A stretch of 64,000 nucleotides of DNA from an uncultured Bacteroidia bacterium (GCA_902776565.1 CACYQN010000013.1:71357-135356), one strand, 5' to 3'. Shown: positions 18,346 to 27,257, counted from the stretch's first letter. Numbers and translations: made by a program. The notes: generated by a model not told the origin, from the sequence alone.

Positions 18346-19305
18346 CTATTCGCTAATCCTGCATATTGCCCTCACTGGCAAACCGCAATCGCGAACCCAT
18401 GGGTACACGGTTGCGTATTCGTTTTCGAGATAAAAAGTGCAATTCATTGCACAAACAGGGTCTGTATAGCTTATGTCGGTTGCCAGAGTACTTGTCCAGT
18501 AACGACCGCAAACATAATCGGCTAGACCTTCATCACTATAATAGCGGACGGCAGGCATGAAGATTGAGTTTCCGTTTTCGGCCTTAAAGGTAAGTCCTAC
18601 CACATTGTTTATGGTATCTGTTGTTATTGTGCAATTTTCAATCAGTTCCATATAGTCATCTTCCGATGGTGTTTTCCATTGTCCGCCCCAGTTTACTGCT
18701 GCGGCGTCGTCTTCAGCTAAAAGTGATGCCAGTTCATCGGTGAAGCCTTCGTATCCGTAATCGCTGTATGGGCAGTACTTAGTAAGCTTTCGAAGAGTAT
18801 CTTCACCTTCTACCACAATGCGTATATACGGGTAATTTTCGGTGGTATAAGTCTGTTTTTGCGCTGTTTCGGCCCATGCGTAATAGTTTCCGGCAGCTTC
18901 GGGAACATCGGCGCCAATGTTGCAGGTTGCCCATAAATTTCCGCTCGGCAATCCAAGGTCGATGTATTCGTGACCGTTGTGCATGGTTACAGGCCGTTCT
19001 TCGTTCCACTGTGCGTAGAGTGTCATGTCGGCAACCACCTTTATTTTCTGCTGGTCGGTGTAGGAAGTGCCAGAGCCGTCGCGCATTGTGTTCCATCCTG
19101 CAAACGAAAAGCCTTCGCGTGTGAACTTGTTGGCACTAAGTGCTTTTTCGTAGTCTTCGGTAAACAATTGCGTATCCATGTTTCCTTCGCCGCCGTTGGC
19201 ATCGAAAGTTACCGTATAGGTTGTTACATTTGTATCGCAACCGCTGAATGCTATCATTCCTGCTACAGAAACGATGGCGAATAATAGAAATAATGATTTT
19301 TTCAT
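18346..19305 (-). CDS. Lipoprotein with a Listeria-Bacteroides (InlB B-type) repeat and a DUF1566/FISUMP-like C-terminal domain
   Basis: Lipobox 'AFSGC'. 'YTVTFDANGGEG...GFSFAGWNT...DGSGTSY' repeat. 'LWATCNIGA...YYAW...WKTPSEDDYMELI...YWTST'. Confidence 0.7.
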   Translation of the reverse strand: MKKSLFLLFAIVSVAGMIAFSGCDTNVTTYTVTFDANGGEGNMDTQLFTEDYEKALSANKFTREGFSFAGWNTMRDGSGTSYTDQQKIKVVADMTLYAQWNEERPVTMHNGHEYIDLGLPSGNLWATCNIGADVPEAAGNYYAWAETAQKQTYTTENYPYIRIVVEGEDTLRKLTKYCPYSDYGYEGFTDELASLLAEDDAAAVNWGGQWKTPSEDDYMELIENCTITTDTINNVVGLTFKAENGNSIFMPAVRYYSDEGLADYVCGRYWTSTLATDISYTDPVCAMNCTFYLENEYATVYPWVRDCGLPVRAICRISE

Positions 19306-19535
19306 CGTACTTTATTTTTTGAGCGACAAAGATATATATTTTATTGATTAAATTGTGTTTTTTGGGGATAGTTTTTGGAGGAAAGAGTATGAGGAAACAA
19401 ATCAGACAAGACAAAGAGAAGGAAAGTATTAGAAGTTTTTTCTGTCCATTTTATTTTTTGCTTTTTTATTCAAAAAAACAACTTAGTGTATTGGTTGTTA
19501 ATGGTTTAAGTGTGTTTATTTTCTGTTTTTATTTT

Positions 19536-19721
19536 CTATTTATTTTTTTTTGCCAGTTGATATGTCATATTTCTGTTAGCACCTTCTCGTTCTAATATTC
19601 CTTCAGTCGCCATTGAATAAACCATTTTACGGATGTCTTTTATATCAGCATCAGGGAGCCGTATGGCAATATCCGATATTTTACTTTTGGGGTGCAATCG
19701 CAAATCTTCTTCAAGTAGCAT
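19536..19721 (-). CDS. Small winged-helix DNA-binding protein (61 aa), last gene of the RES operon
   Basis: 'ISDIAIRLPDADIKDIRKMVYSMATEGILEREG' is a wHTH-like pattern. Lies 17 nt downstream of the RES gene on the same strand. Confidence 0.45.
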   Translation of the reverse strand: MLLEEDLRLHPKSKISDIAIRLPDADIKDIRKMVYSMATEGILEREGANRNMTYQLAKKNK

Positions 19722-19738
19722 TTTTAGACGATGTGGCT

Positions 19739-20725
19739 CTACAGTTTTTTTAGATGTATTTGATTAATGGTGATTTTACTCACTTCATACGGATAAACAC
19801 GTACACATTTCGCTTTATTAGGATAAAATAGCACCAGATTTTTTCCTGCATCTCTGACAGAACTCTTAAACTTTATGCCATCTGCTCCACGACATTTGAA
19901 AAATTCACAAATATATTGCGTTGGTACATATTCTAACTCTGAATCAAAGCTACGTAGAGGTTTTGACAAGTCGTTGCTGATGGCATCAAACAGCACACGA
20001 CGTTTCACTTTCTGTTTGAAAACAATCTCGCCCTCATCATAAAATACATTAAAAAGATTGACTTTCTCTGTAAAGTCCACAATCTTAAGATTGTCTTCTT
20101 GGATAAGAAATTCACCGATATCAACCCTATCAAGATAATATGGTCTGACCTCATAGAATGGTGTCTTGTTGTCGTAGCATAGGTATAGATATCTTATTCC
20201 ATTCGGATTTGCCCTACCTGGTGTTGCAAGTTCCGGTGTTTTTGGGGCCCCCATTTCATCTATACTGAAAGTGGGTTCTTCTTTGTGATGAACACGAGCA
20301 CGGAAAAACTTTTCATTTTTGAACAGTATCAATGAGTCACTATCAATATTAAATTCATTGAAAATGTCAACAATCGAATCCATTTGACAAAAGAAGCGGG
20401 TATTTGTTTTCATTTCTGTCTTAACATCATCCCATGCTTGCAAATAATCCCGATATTCTGCAATATATCTAACTGGGTCATTGGGCTGAAAAAGACTGCC
20501 CAGCATGTCAAGAACTATTGACAACGATTTTTCGTCTACAAAAATAGGCCAGTCTTTTATCAAAGCGTAGGAAAGAGGCTTGCCGTCTTGTGAGATTTCA
20601 TATAACGACAATAAAGAATTGAGAAAATCCTTAATGGTTTGATTATCATCCTCAACACCATCAGACAAAAAACCAACGATTTCGGAATCGGAAAAGTACT
20701 CACTCTTCATGTCCAACATATTCAA
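19739..20725 (-). CDS. RES-domain protein with an N-terminal extension of about 150 aa (putative NAD+-targeting toxin/effector)
   Basis: 'PGRANPNGIRYLYLCYDNKTPFYEVRP' (R and E of RES) and 'DGIKFKSSVRDAGKNLVLF' (S). Confidence 0.7.
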   Translation of the reverse strand: MNMLDMKSEYFSDSEIVGFLSDGVEDDNQTIKDFLNSLLSLYEISQDGKPLSYALIKDWPIFVDEKSLSIVLDMLGSLFQPNDPVRYIAEYRDYLQAWDDVKTEMKTNTRFFCQMDSIVDIFNEFNIDSDSLILFKNEKFFRARVHHKEEPTFSIDEMGAPKTPELATPGRANPNGIRYLYLCYDNKTPFYEVRPYYLDRVDIGEFLIQEDNLKIVDFTEKVNLFNVFYDEGEIVFKQKVKRRVLFDAISNDLSKPLRSFDSELEYVPTQYICEFFKCRGADGIKFKSSVRDAGKNLVLFYPNKAKCVRVYPYEVSKITINQIHLKKL

Positions 20726-21672
20726 TCCTCCTTTTCATGAAGAATTCTGTTCATTAGTTCAATGTGGTTCTTAATACTATATTTTTTGATGGCTCCTAGA
20801 CCAGGATAGCCAGTAGCCGTAAGTTGCTGTATAGCCTGTGTGGTCGGTTTGCTATTAAAAAATGGCATTATCTTATTCTTGGCTTCTTCAAACTCGTTTC
20901 TAATATTGTTAGAACCATTCTTTGTGTCTGAAAGGAAATGATGAATATAGACCTCATCTTCTTCTTTCTGATATGTGATATGTATAGCGACCACTTGTGG
21001 AAGCACCCCTCCTTCTCTATAATTCTTAGCCAAAGAGGTGAAATCAGAGAAACCATACATGTTATAATCAGTTGCGTAATAACTAAATGTATCTGTAAAG
21101 AATTCGTCTATATTGTTACGGTATGCATTGTTGGATGGCTGTTCAACAAATCGATCTTCTATAGTAATCAATTTTTTTTCCATTGCGGCCAATTTGCGTC
21201 TCATAGTAGGACTCTGACTAAGATTCTGTACAGTAACATACGTTACTTTTGGAGATCTAATTAATCCATTGACTTTTTTATCATTCAAATCCACTCCTGA
21301 GAAAAAAATCAGCATAACATTACTTAAGTCATAGTTCGCAATTGTTTGTTCAATAGTAACCACGTTAGCATTGCCATTCACTTCAAATGCTGGAGCCCAA
21401 TTTGATAATGTGATTCTATTTTCGACGAGAAATGTTTCAATATCAAAAGTTTTACGCTGGTAATCACCCATGCATGTATTTAGAACAATTGCAAACGGCA
21501 TATTTGCTTTCCCCATAGCCTCAATACATGACATCATTGGCTTAATATCATTTTTAACTGGCTCAATAATAGGCATAATATGGTCGCCATAGTCTCTATT
21601 ATAGGACTCATCAATAAACTCCTTAATGGCTTTGAATTCAAATAATTTTCCTCTAAGAAATGGCAAGTACAT
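20722..21672 (-). CDS. sce7725-family / P4 beta-protein-like (Pfam Beta_protein-like) protein
   Basis: N-terminus 'MYLPFLRGKLFEFKAIKEF...MPIIEPV' matches my memory of the family signature. 4-nt ATGA overlap with the RES gene. Confidence 0.55.
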   Translation of the reverse strand: MYLPFLRGKLFEFKAIKEFIDESYNRDYGDHIMPIIEPVKNDIKPMMSCIEAMGKANMPFAIVLNTCMGDYQRKTFDIETFLVENRITLSNWAPAFEVNGNANVVTIEQTIANYDLSNVMLIFFSGVDLNDKKVNGLIRSPKVTYVTVQNLSQSPTMRRKLAAMEKKLITIEDRFVEQPSNNAYRNNIDEFFTDTFSYYATDYNMYGFSDFTSLAKNYREGGVLPQVVAIHITYQKEEDEVYIHHFLSDTKNGSNNIRNEFEEAKNKIMPFFNSKPTTQAIQQLTATGYPGLGAIKKYSIKNHIELMNRILHEKED

Positions 21673-21674
21673 AT

Positions 21675-22529
21675 TCAGATAATTTTATTGTTTAAACTTT
21701 TTGTTATCAAATCCAATTGTTTGTAGGAAAGGTGCATGCTTAGACATATCTGGTAAAGTTCATGAGGTGCATGTACTAAAAGGTTAAAACTGCTCTTCCT
21801 TGTTTCTATCGTTTCCAAAAATGCATCGTGGAGCAATTCCCCTTCTATGCTTTTTAAGATATCCTTGCATTCCTCATAGTGTTTATACTTGCTTTCAGAT
21901 AATCTAGCACCTGCATAGTGCTCTGCGATGTATTCATATTCTTCGGCCCTAAGACAAGTCATCAGTACATCGACATCAATACGTTCATTTTTTTTAGCTG
22001 GTCGGACTTCCTCCATTGAAATCTTTTCTCTCGGTCCTTTACAGAAAGCTATGATACCCATATCTTCATCATAATTCTTCCAGTTGTTAATTTCGCTTTG
22101 TTCTATAACAAGATAACATTTGTCAAAAACGCGTCGATAGTCGTTCATTTGTCCTTCTAATCTATGGGGGGTATCGTAGCTAGTCTTTATTTCGTATGCA
22201 CGGCTTTCGCCATTAAAGAATGCCAAGTCTGCAATTGAGTTGCCTACTCGGAATTCATTTATAAGAAGAGACCGTTTGCTTGCGTATTGTTTGCTTAGTT
22301 CTGATATTATCTCATTTTTGAAAACATACTCGCAACGGTAATTCATTTTCAGTGAAGAATAGAACCGATGCAAGCAGTCCATATAAGTCTCATTGTCGTT
22401 ACGTCTATTTGCACGGCAAAGCAATGTTAACATTTCTGAGTCTCCCCAACGCAAAATATCAGTATACACACTCCGTCCAAAGGCTTGTGCGAACTGTCTA
22501 GATTTATATGCCTGAATCATTGTTGCCAT
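21675..22529 (-). CDS. sce7726-family protein with a PD-(D/E)xK nuclease-fold motif
   Basis: 'YRCEYVFKNEI' and 'NEFRVGNSIADLAFFNGESRAYEIKTSYD' (E...D...ExK). 2-nt gap to the next gene. Confidence 0.55.
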   Translation of the reverse strand: MATMIQAYKSRQFAQAFGRSVYTDILRWGDSEMLTLLCRANRRNDNETYMDCLHRFYSSLKMNYRCEYVFKNEIISELSKQYASKRSLLINEFRVGNSIADLAFFNGESRAYEIKTSYDTPHRLEGQMNDYRRVFDKCYLVIEQSEINNWKNYDEDMGIIAFCKGPREKISMEEVRPAKKNERIDVDVLMTCLRAEEYEYIAEHYAGARLSESKYKHYEECKDILKSIEGELLHDAFLETIETRKSSFNLLVHAPHELYQICLSMHLSYKQLDLITKSLNNKII

Positions 22530-22619
22530 AAAACAATGGGATCTCTAATTCTAACTATTTGCGTAATTCTTCAGAACCAGCCTAGATCCGATAAGCATCG
22601 GTACATATGAATCACGATG

Positions 22620-22627
22620 CAAAATTA
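22620..22627 (-). promoter_or_regulatory. -7 box (TAatTTTG on the minus strand) for the sce7726-sce7725-RES-wHTH operon
   Basis: The plus strand reads caaaatta; lies about 90 nt upstream of the 22529 start. Confidence 0.4.
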
Positions 22628-22954
22628 CTTTTTTTTTGATATTTATATGTTTTATGATGAAGAGTTTTATATTGCTTTTTGTCGATTCTTAATTCTGTTT
22701 AACTTCTATTCTTTCAATGGTAGGAGGCGCTACTTGACATATACAGGATAGAATTGTTCCTGTTAGTATTAAGAATTTGCTATAGATTGATTTCTTTTTC
22801 CCAATTTTCCCACAACTTGTGGAAGATTTTTAATCTCTTGTAAATTAATACTTCTGCTTCCCCGGTATCACCCCTCTCACCCCGCCTTTCGGATTCGCAA
22901 CATCGCCTTTATAGCGTGGAATCAGAGTAAATCTGACACGCAAAGGTATATCTG

Positions 22955-23821
22955 TTATTTTAACTTATCTGGATTTCGGGAGAAATAATTAGTAACTAGT
23001 TTCGATAGATATTCTTCTTTGTAGAATTTGAAATCAAATTTTTTTACAGATTGGTTGTATTGATGAATATCTATTATAAAGTCAGATTTATTTTTCTCAT
23101 TTTCATAGTTTAGTCCCAAGAAACGAATATTTCTTTTATGCGATTCCAATTTGGTGTCAGCAAAGTCATAAAAAGTTTTGTCTTTGAACATTTTGTTGTA
23201 AAAAATAGCAAAAAAACCTCGGTTTTCTTCCAATATTTTGAATGATGGTTGATTGATGTGTTCAATATCTACAATGTCATCCTTTTTTTGTTTTTTGTTT
23301 GATTGTATAAGAGAATACCCAGAGAAACGACCTTTCATTCCTTGTGACCAATCTTTATCAATTGGCAATTCTGGATTGAAAAAAGTCCCAGACAAATCAT
23401 TTTTCAAATAGCTAAACTGGTCTGGAATCAAAAAATCGAAATCTTCTATTTCTGTATGCTTGATTTTTGTCTTTTTATTCATAAAGTTGATTCCTTCATG
23501 GGTAATATTCAATGTGTCATTATCAATTTCTCGAAGAAAATTATTTTTTATCAGATAGTTGAATTGAACATTAACAAAAGAATCATCGTTAATACCTAGT
23601 ACTTTGAAAATTTCGGAATATTTTGTTTTCCCATTATTGACTAGGTCCAAGATTATATAACTAAAACGGTCAACCTCGATATCTTTCTCAACATAAAGAT
23701 TCTGTTTGCAATACCAAAATGGTAAATCAATCTCAAAAAGTTTTTTTAGACGATAACCTTCTGTTTTATGGTCGTCTTTATGCACTAGCCATGTTTTCTG
23801 TTTCCAATCTTCTTTATTCAT
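22955..23821 (-). CDS. Helicase-coupled protein with a predicted N-terminal winged helix (288 aa), otherwise unknown
   Basis: 8-nt overlap with the upstream helicase gene (gATGAATAAag). 'FSYIILDLVNNGKTKYSEIFKVLGI...YLIKNNFLRE' is MarR-like wHTH. Confidence 0.6.
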   Translation of the reverse strand: MNKEDWKQKTWLVHKDDHKTEGYRLKKLFEIDLPFWYCKQNLYVEKDIEVDRFSYIILDLVNNGKTKYSEIFKVLGINDDSFVNVQFNYLIKNNFLREIDNDTLNITHEGINFMNKKTKIKHTEIEDFDFLIPDQFSYLKNDLSGTFFNPELPIDKDWSQGMKGRFSGYSLIQSNKKQKKDDIVDIEHINQPSFKILEENRGFFAIFYNKMFKDKTFYDFADTKLESHKRNIRFLGLNYENEKNKSDFIIDIHQYNQSVKKFDFKFYKEEYLSKLVTNYFSRNPDKLK

Positions 23822-26800
23822 CGAACACTTCTTTCAAATTATCAAAAATTAAACCTTCATTCTTAAGTTTTTCGGTTATTAGTCTTAACTTGAATTCAGG
23901 GAAATCATCTGTTGGGTTAAATCCTGCCCGTTTTAGAATATATTCACTATCGCCCACAATAAACAGCATACGTTTAGCACGCGAAAATGCGACATTTATT
24001 CTTCGATAGTCTGATAAAAAACCGATATTGTCTCGACCTAGACTACTTCTTACTATATCATAGATAATAATATCACGTTCAGCACCTTGGAATTGGTCTA
24101 CAGTATTGATTTCTATCAATTGTCGCTTATCATTGCTTATGAAATTGTTGTATTCAGAAGTATTTATTTGTTGTTTAAGCAATTCTACTTGCCCTCGATA
24201 GCCAGCTATTACACCTATAGAAAAAGGTGATTCTTTTTGCGGGTTATTAGAATATGAAATGTTGAGTTTGCCTAACAATTCTTTTATCGCATTTACATTG
24301 CATTGATTTTGTCGTTTTTCCTTATTGCTGTTATCTTGATGGTTCTCTATGTTTGATGTGCTTAGAAAAACAATTGATGTTTGTTTTTTTAGTTTCAAGC
24401 CGTGTTCTTTGCTTTTGTCATATCCCTCAATATCTGGATTTTTCAATTTCCCATCATAGAAAAATTCAGAAATTAGATTGCCAATTTGTTTAGGCATACG
24501 ATATTGAATATCAAGCATTTTTACATACCGTCTATTATAATCTGACTGTTCAAATGCTTTCTTTATTTTTTCAAATAGACTTTCTCCAAATGTCTTATTA
24601 ATATCAAGCCCTTCGTCTTCCAATTGGTCTTTAACATCATCCTCACGTGTTATGACTGGTGGTAATTGCTTGTCGTCTCCTATCATTATAATGTTGTGTC
24701 CCATACTGAGAGGCACAAGGGATTCTGCTGGTGTTGCTTTGCTGCTTTCGTCCATTATTACATAGTCGAATTTGAAATTGATTTTGCTGTACTTGCTACT
24801 TGCAATATGAATGCAAGTAGATCCAACAACATTTGTTTTCATCAGCATGGCAGTTAGAAAATCAATCTCTTGACAACCATTGTTCAACATTGATTTTTTT
24901 CTTTTGCCATCAGTGTCAGCATCAACCAGAGAATTGCCAATAAATGAAATCCAATCTTTTTGAATTCGCTTCAATTTTAAATACTCTTCACCAAATTGTT
25001 TCTCAAATATTTTTTCTGCGGTTTTGAAGTCGTTTGCTTTCTCAAAAAGTCTTTTAATGTAATTGGGACTATAATTCAAATGTTTGGTAAACTCTGGAAA
25101 ATTATTCGATTCTCTTGCTTCTTCAAACTTTTTGAAAAGATTTCCTATTCCTTTGGTATTTTCTTGTCCTAAATAATTTTCTTCAAAATATTTATTTGAC
25201 AATTTTTCAGTTTCTGTAATCCATCTTTTTAGTTTTTCTTCATAACAATGCGATTTCATTTTTTCTGAAACAGTATCATTTTCAAGAGCATTCTCGCTCG
25301 CTAACCTTATGAATTGAACATCATTGATATCAATTAGTTTCTCAAGGACATTATCAACGGCCAAATTGGATTGTGATGTCAGTAGTATTTTTATATCTTT
25401 TTGCCTCTTTACTAGTTGTCTTATAATTTCTACAATAACAGTTGTTTTACCAGCTCCTGGAGGTCCTTGAATCAAATATATTGGTTTATAACTGATTGAT
25501 TCCAATGCAGATTCTAATTGTGATGGGTCTAATTTCTCATTGTATAGTTGAGTTTCAAAATCATCGTAATTTAAGTTGTGTACTCGACAATCTATTTTTT
25601 CTTCTGGTGTCGCAACAATGTCGCACAATTCTTGATTTACAACCTCTCTTTTCAAGAATTTTTGGCACGATTCAATTTGTTTTTTGAATTGACTAGTTTC
25701 TTGCCTAATATCTTCTGACAGTTCTCCTTGTTCCGGAAGTTCTTCGATGCTACATTTAGGATTTGATATAGAGATGGTTTTGTCAGCAGATTTCCATTCA
25801 AAAATTTCTCCTAATAAAGTTTCATCAACAAAGAGTTTTTTATGTTCGTTTTTGAGTGTTTTTATTTTGTTCCAACTGATTTTTACACTGTCATTCAATT
25901 TGAAGGTTATTTTTTGTCCATCTTTAGATAATTCTCTTTTTGTGTATTTTACATTAAATGCGTTATTTTCAATATAATCTTTTTCGATTTCAGGTAATTT
26001 TTGCCAATCAGAAAGTTTGTCTTTGTTCTGCTGGGTAAGTATTGCCAAGTTGTTTAATCCTTGGTATTTTTCTTCAAAGAAATCGGTACAATCATAGTTA
26101 TTATAACTATCTTGCATTGTGAATAAGAATTCTGCCAAAAACGAATCTTCTTTTGAATTTATTTTTTCGTTTTTCTCGTTTCTACATCCGGATAAAGGGA
26201 TAAAAAGGCATCCTTTGTTATCGACAAAATAACGGCCGCTGTAATCATCTGTAGTAAATTGTCCTGTTACTTGATTGGCTTTGGAGCGTTCGTGGTCAAC
26301 AATCATCCATGTGTTTTTATTCATCGAACTGATAATCGGCTGAAAATCACCGTAATGTTCCGGTTGTGTTGCAACTTTGATTGTGCGATAATCTTTCCTT
26401 TTTATGGAAGGCAATTGCTTGAGCAAATCTATCAGTTCACTATATTTAGAGAAGCGTGCTATGCGATTTTCCGCCAAACAATTCTCCGTAATTAAGTCGG
26501 TGATTTTTTTGTAACGGGCTGAATAATTGCTATTTATAAATCCTTTGAATGTTTTAACTAATGAATATATATCATCTTGAAGTCTAGGACTTGACTGACT
26601 TCTGTTTGATAAGTATTTTTTTGTTTCGGGAGATAAATAAATTTCTTCCAAGATATTATCTGTAGCGAAAATGTCGAATAGTTTTGCGAAAAGCAATCTT
26701 GCATCTCCTTTTTCATCTACCCGTATATACTTTGGCGATATTATGAACTTTTGAGAATTATCACTCGTCTTGAACCAATTGAGACCTTCTGCAATATTAA

Positions 26801-27143
26801 TAATGTAGGGAATGTCGATATTGCATTTGTTTATATCATAATTCTCAATTCCAAAATGTTCATATACAATGTAGTAAAACTTATATTGTTCATCAAATCC
26901 TGTTTCTATAGTTTTTACGAATCCTGATATGTCTTTATTGGTTAACGACTTTACTTCATTTTCAATAATGCGTTTTAACATTCTTTCGTTAGTTTCTTTG
27001 CTTCTGATAATTAGGATATCAAATAGCTTACCACTATTGTCTTCACATTTTTTGTAGAAATAAAGATTGTCGCTCAATTGTTTTGGCAGTGAGGTTATGA
27101 TGTAGTTGCCAATTGATTCAATATTGTCCACAAAACTTGTCAT
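23814..27143 (-). CDS. Fusion of a degenerate protein-kinase-like (pseudokinase) N-terminal domain and an Upf1/DNA2-like SF1B helicase (AAA_11/AAA_12)
   Basis: Helicase motifs 'IQGPPGAGKTT', 'YVIMDESSKA', 'MIGDDKQLPPV', 'LDIQYRMP', 'TVDQFQGAERDIII', 'RRINVAFSRAKRML'. The N-terminus is collinear with a kinase fold ('FDILIIRSK', 'YYIVYEHFG', 'FIISPKYIRVDEKGDARLLFAKLFD', 'YLSPE', 'DIYSL') but lacks HRD and DFG. Confidence 0.85.
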   Translation of the reverse strand: MTSFVDNIESIGNYIITSLPKQLSDNLYFYKKCEDNSGKLFDILIIRSKETNERMLKRIIENEVKSLTNKDISGFVKTIETGFDEQYKFYYIVYEHFGIENYDINKCNIDIPYIINIAEGLNWFKTSDNSQKFIISPKYIRVDEKGDARLLFAKLFDIFATDNILEEIYLSPETKKYLSNRSQSSPRLQDDIYSLVKTFKGFINSNYSARYKKITDLITENCLAENRIARFSKYSELIDLLKQLPSIKRKDYRTIKVATQPEHYGDFQPIISSMNKNTWMIVDHERSKANQVTGQFTTDDYSGRYFVDNKGCLFIPLSGCRNEKNEKINSKEDSFLAEFLFTMQDSYNNYDCTDFFEEKYQGLNNLAILTQQNKDKLSDWQKLPEIEKDYIENNAFNVKYTKRELSKDGQKITFKLNDSVKISWNKIKTLKNEHKKLFVDETLLGEIFEWKSADKTISISNPKCSIEELPEQGELSEDIRQETSQFKKQIESCQKFLKREVVNQELCDIVATPEEKIDCRVHNLNYDDFETQLYNEKLDPSQLESALESISYKPIYLIQGPPGAGKTTVIVEIIRQLVKRQKDIKILLTSQSNLAVDNVLEKLIDINDVQFIRLASENALENDTVSEKMKSHCYEEKLKRWITETEKLSNKYFEENYLGQENTKGIGNLFKKFEEARESNNFPEFTKHLNYSPNYIKRLFEKANDFKTAEKIFEKQFGEEYLKLKRIQKDWISFIGNSLVDADTDGKRKKSMLNNGCQEIDFLTAMLMKTNVVGSTCIHIASSKYSKINFKFDYVIMDESSKATPAESLVPLSMGHNIIMIGDDKQLPPVITREDDVKDQLEDEGLDINKTFGESLFEKIKKAFEQSDYNRRYVKMLDIQYRMPKQIGNLISEFFYDGKLKNPDIEGYDKSKEHGLKLKKQTSIVFLSTSNIENHQDNSNKEKRQNQCNVNAIKELLGKLNISYSNNPQKESPFSIGVIAGYRGQVELLKQQINTSEYNNFISNDKRQLIEINTVDQFQGAERDIIIYDIVRSSLGRDNIGFLSDYRRINVAFSRAKRMLFIVGDSEYILKRAGFNPTDDFPEFKLRLITEKLKNEGLIFDNLKEVFDE

Positions 27144-27182
27144 ACCTATACGAATTTTATTGATAACATTTTAGATAGTGAC

Positions 27183-27226
27183 AAAAAAAAGGTGTAAGCA
27201 TTTTTCTTTGTTTACACCTTTTTCCT
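27183..27226 (-). terminator. Intrinsic (bidirectional-looking) terminator of dnaK
   Basis: Stem aaggtgtaa (27189-27197) / ttacacctt (27212-27220), flanked by an A8 run and a T-run. Confidence 0.7.
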
Positions 27227-27257
27227 TTTTTATAAGTAGAAATTTATTTTCAACAAC

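Noticed and set aside
19338-27164. An 11-mer attttattgat occurs at both borders of the AT-rich island (19338-19348 and 27154-27164) and could be an att/TSD
   Set aside because: In DNA this AT-rich, an 11-nt match is plausibly chance. No integrase or tRNA target is present. The left copy sits inside the lipoprotein promoter region. It is worth checking only if an empty site becomes available.
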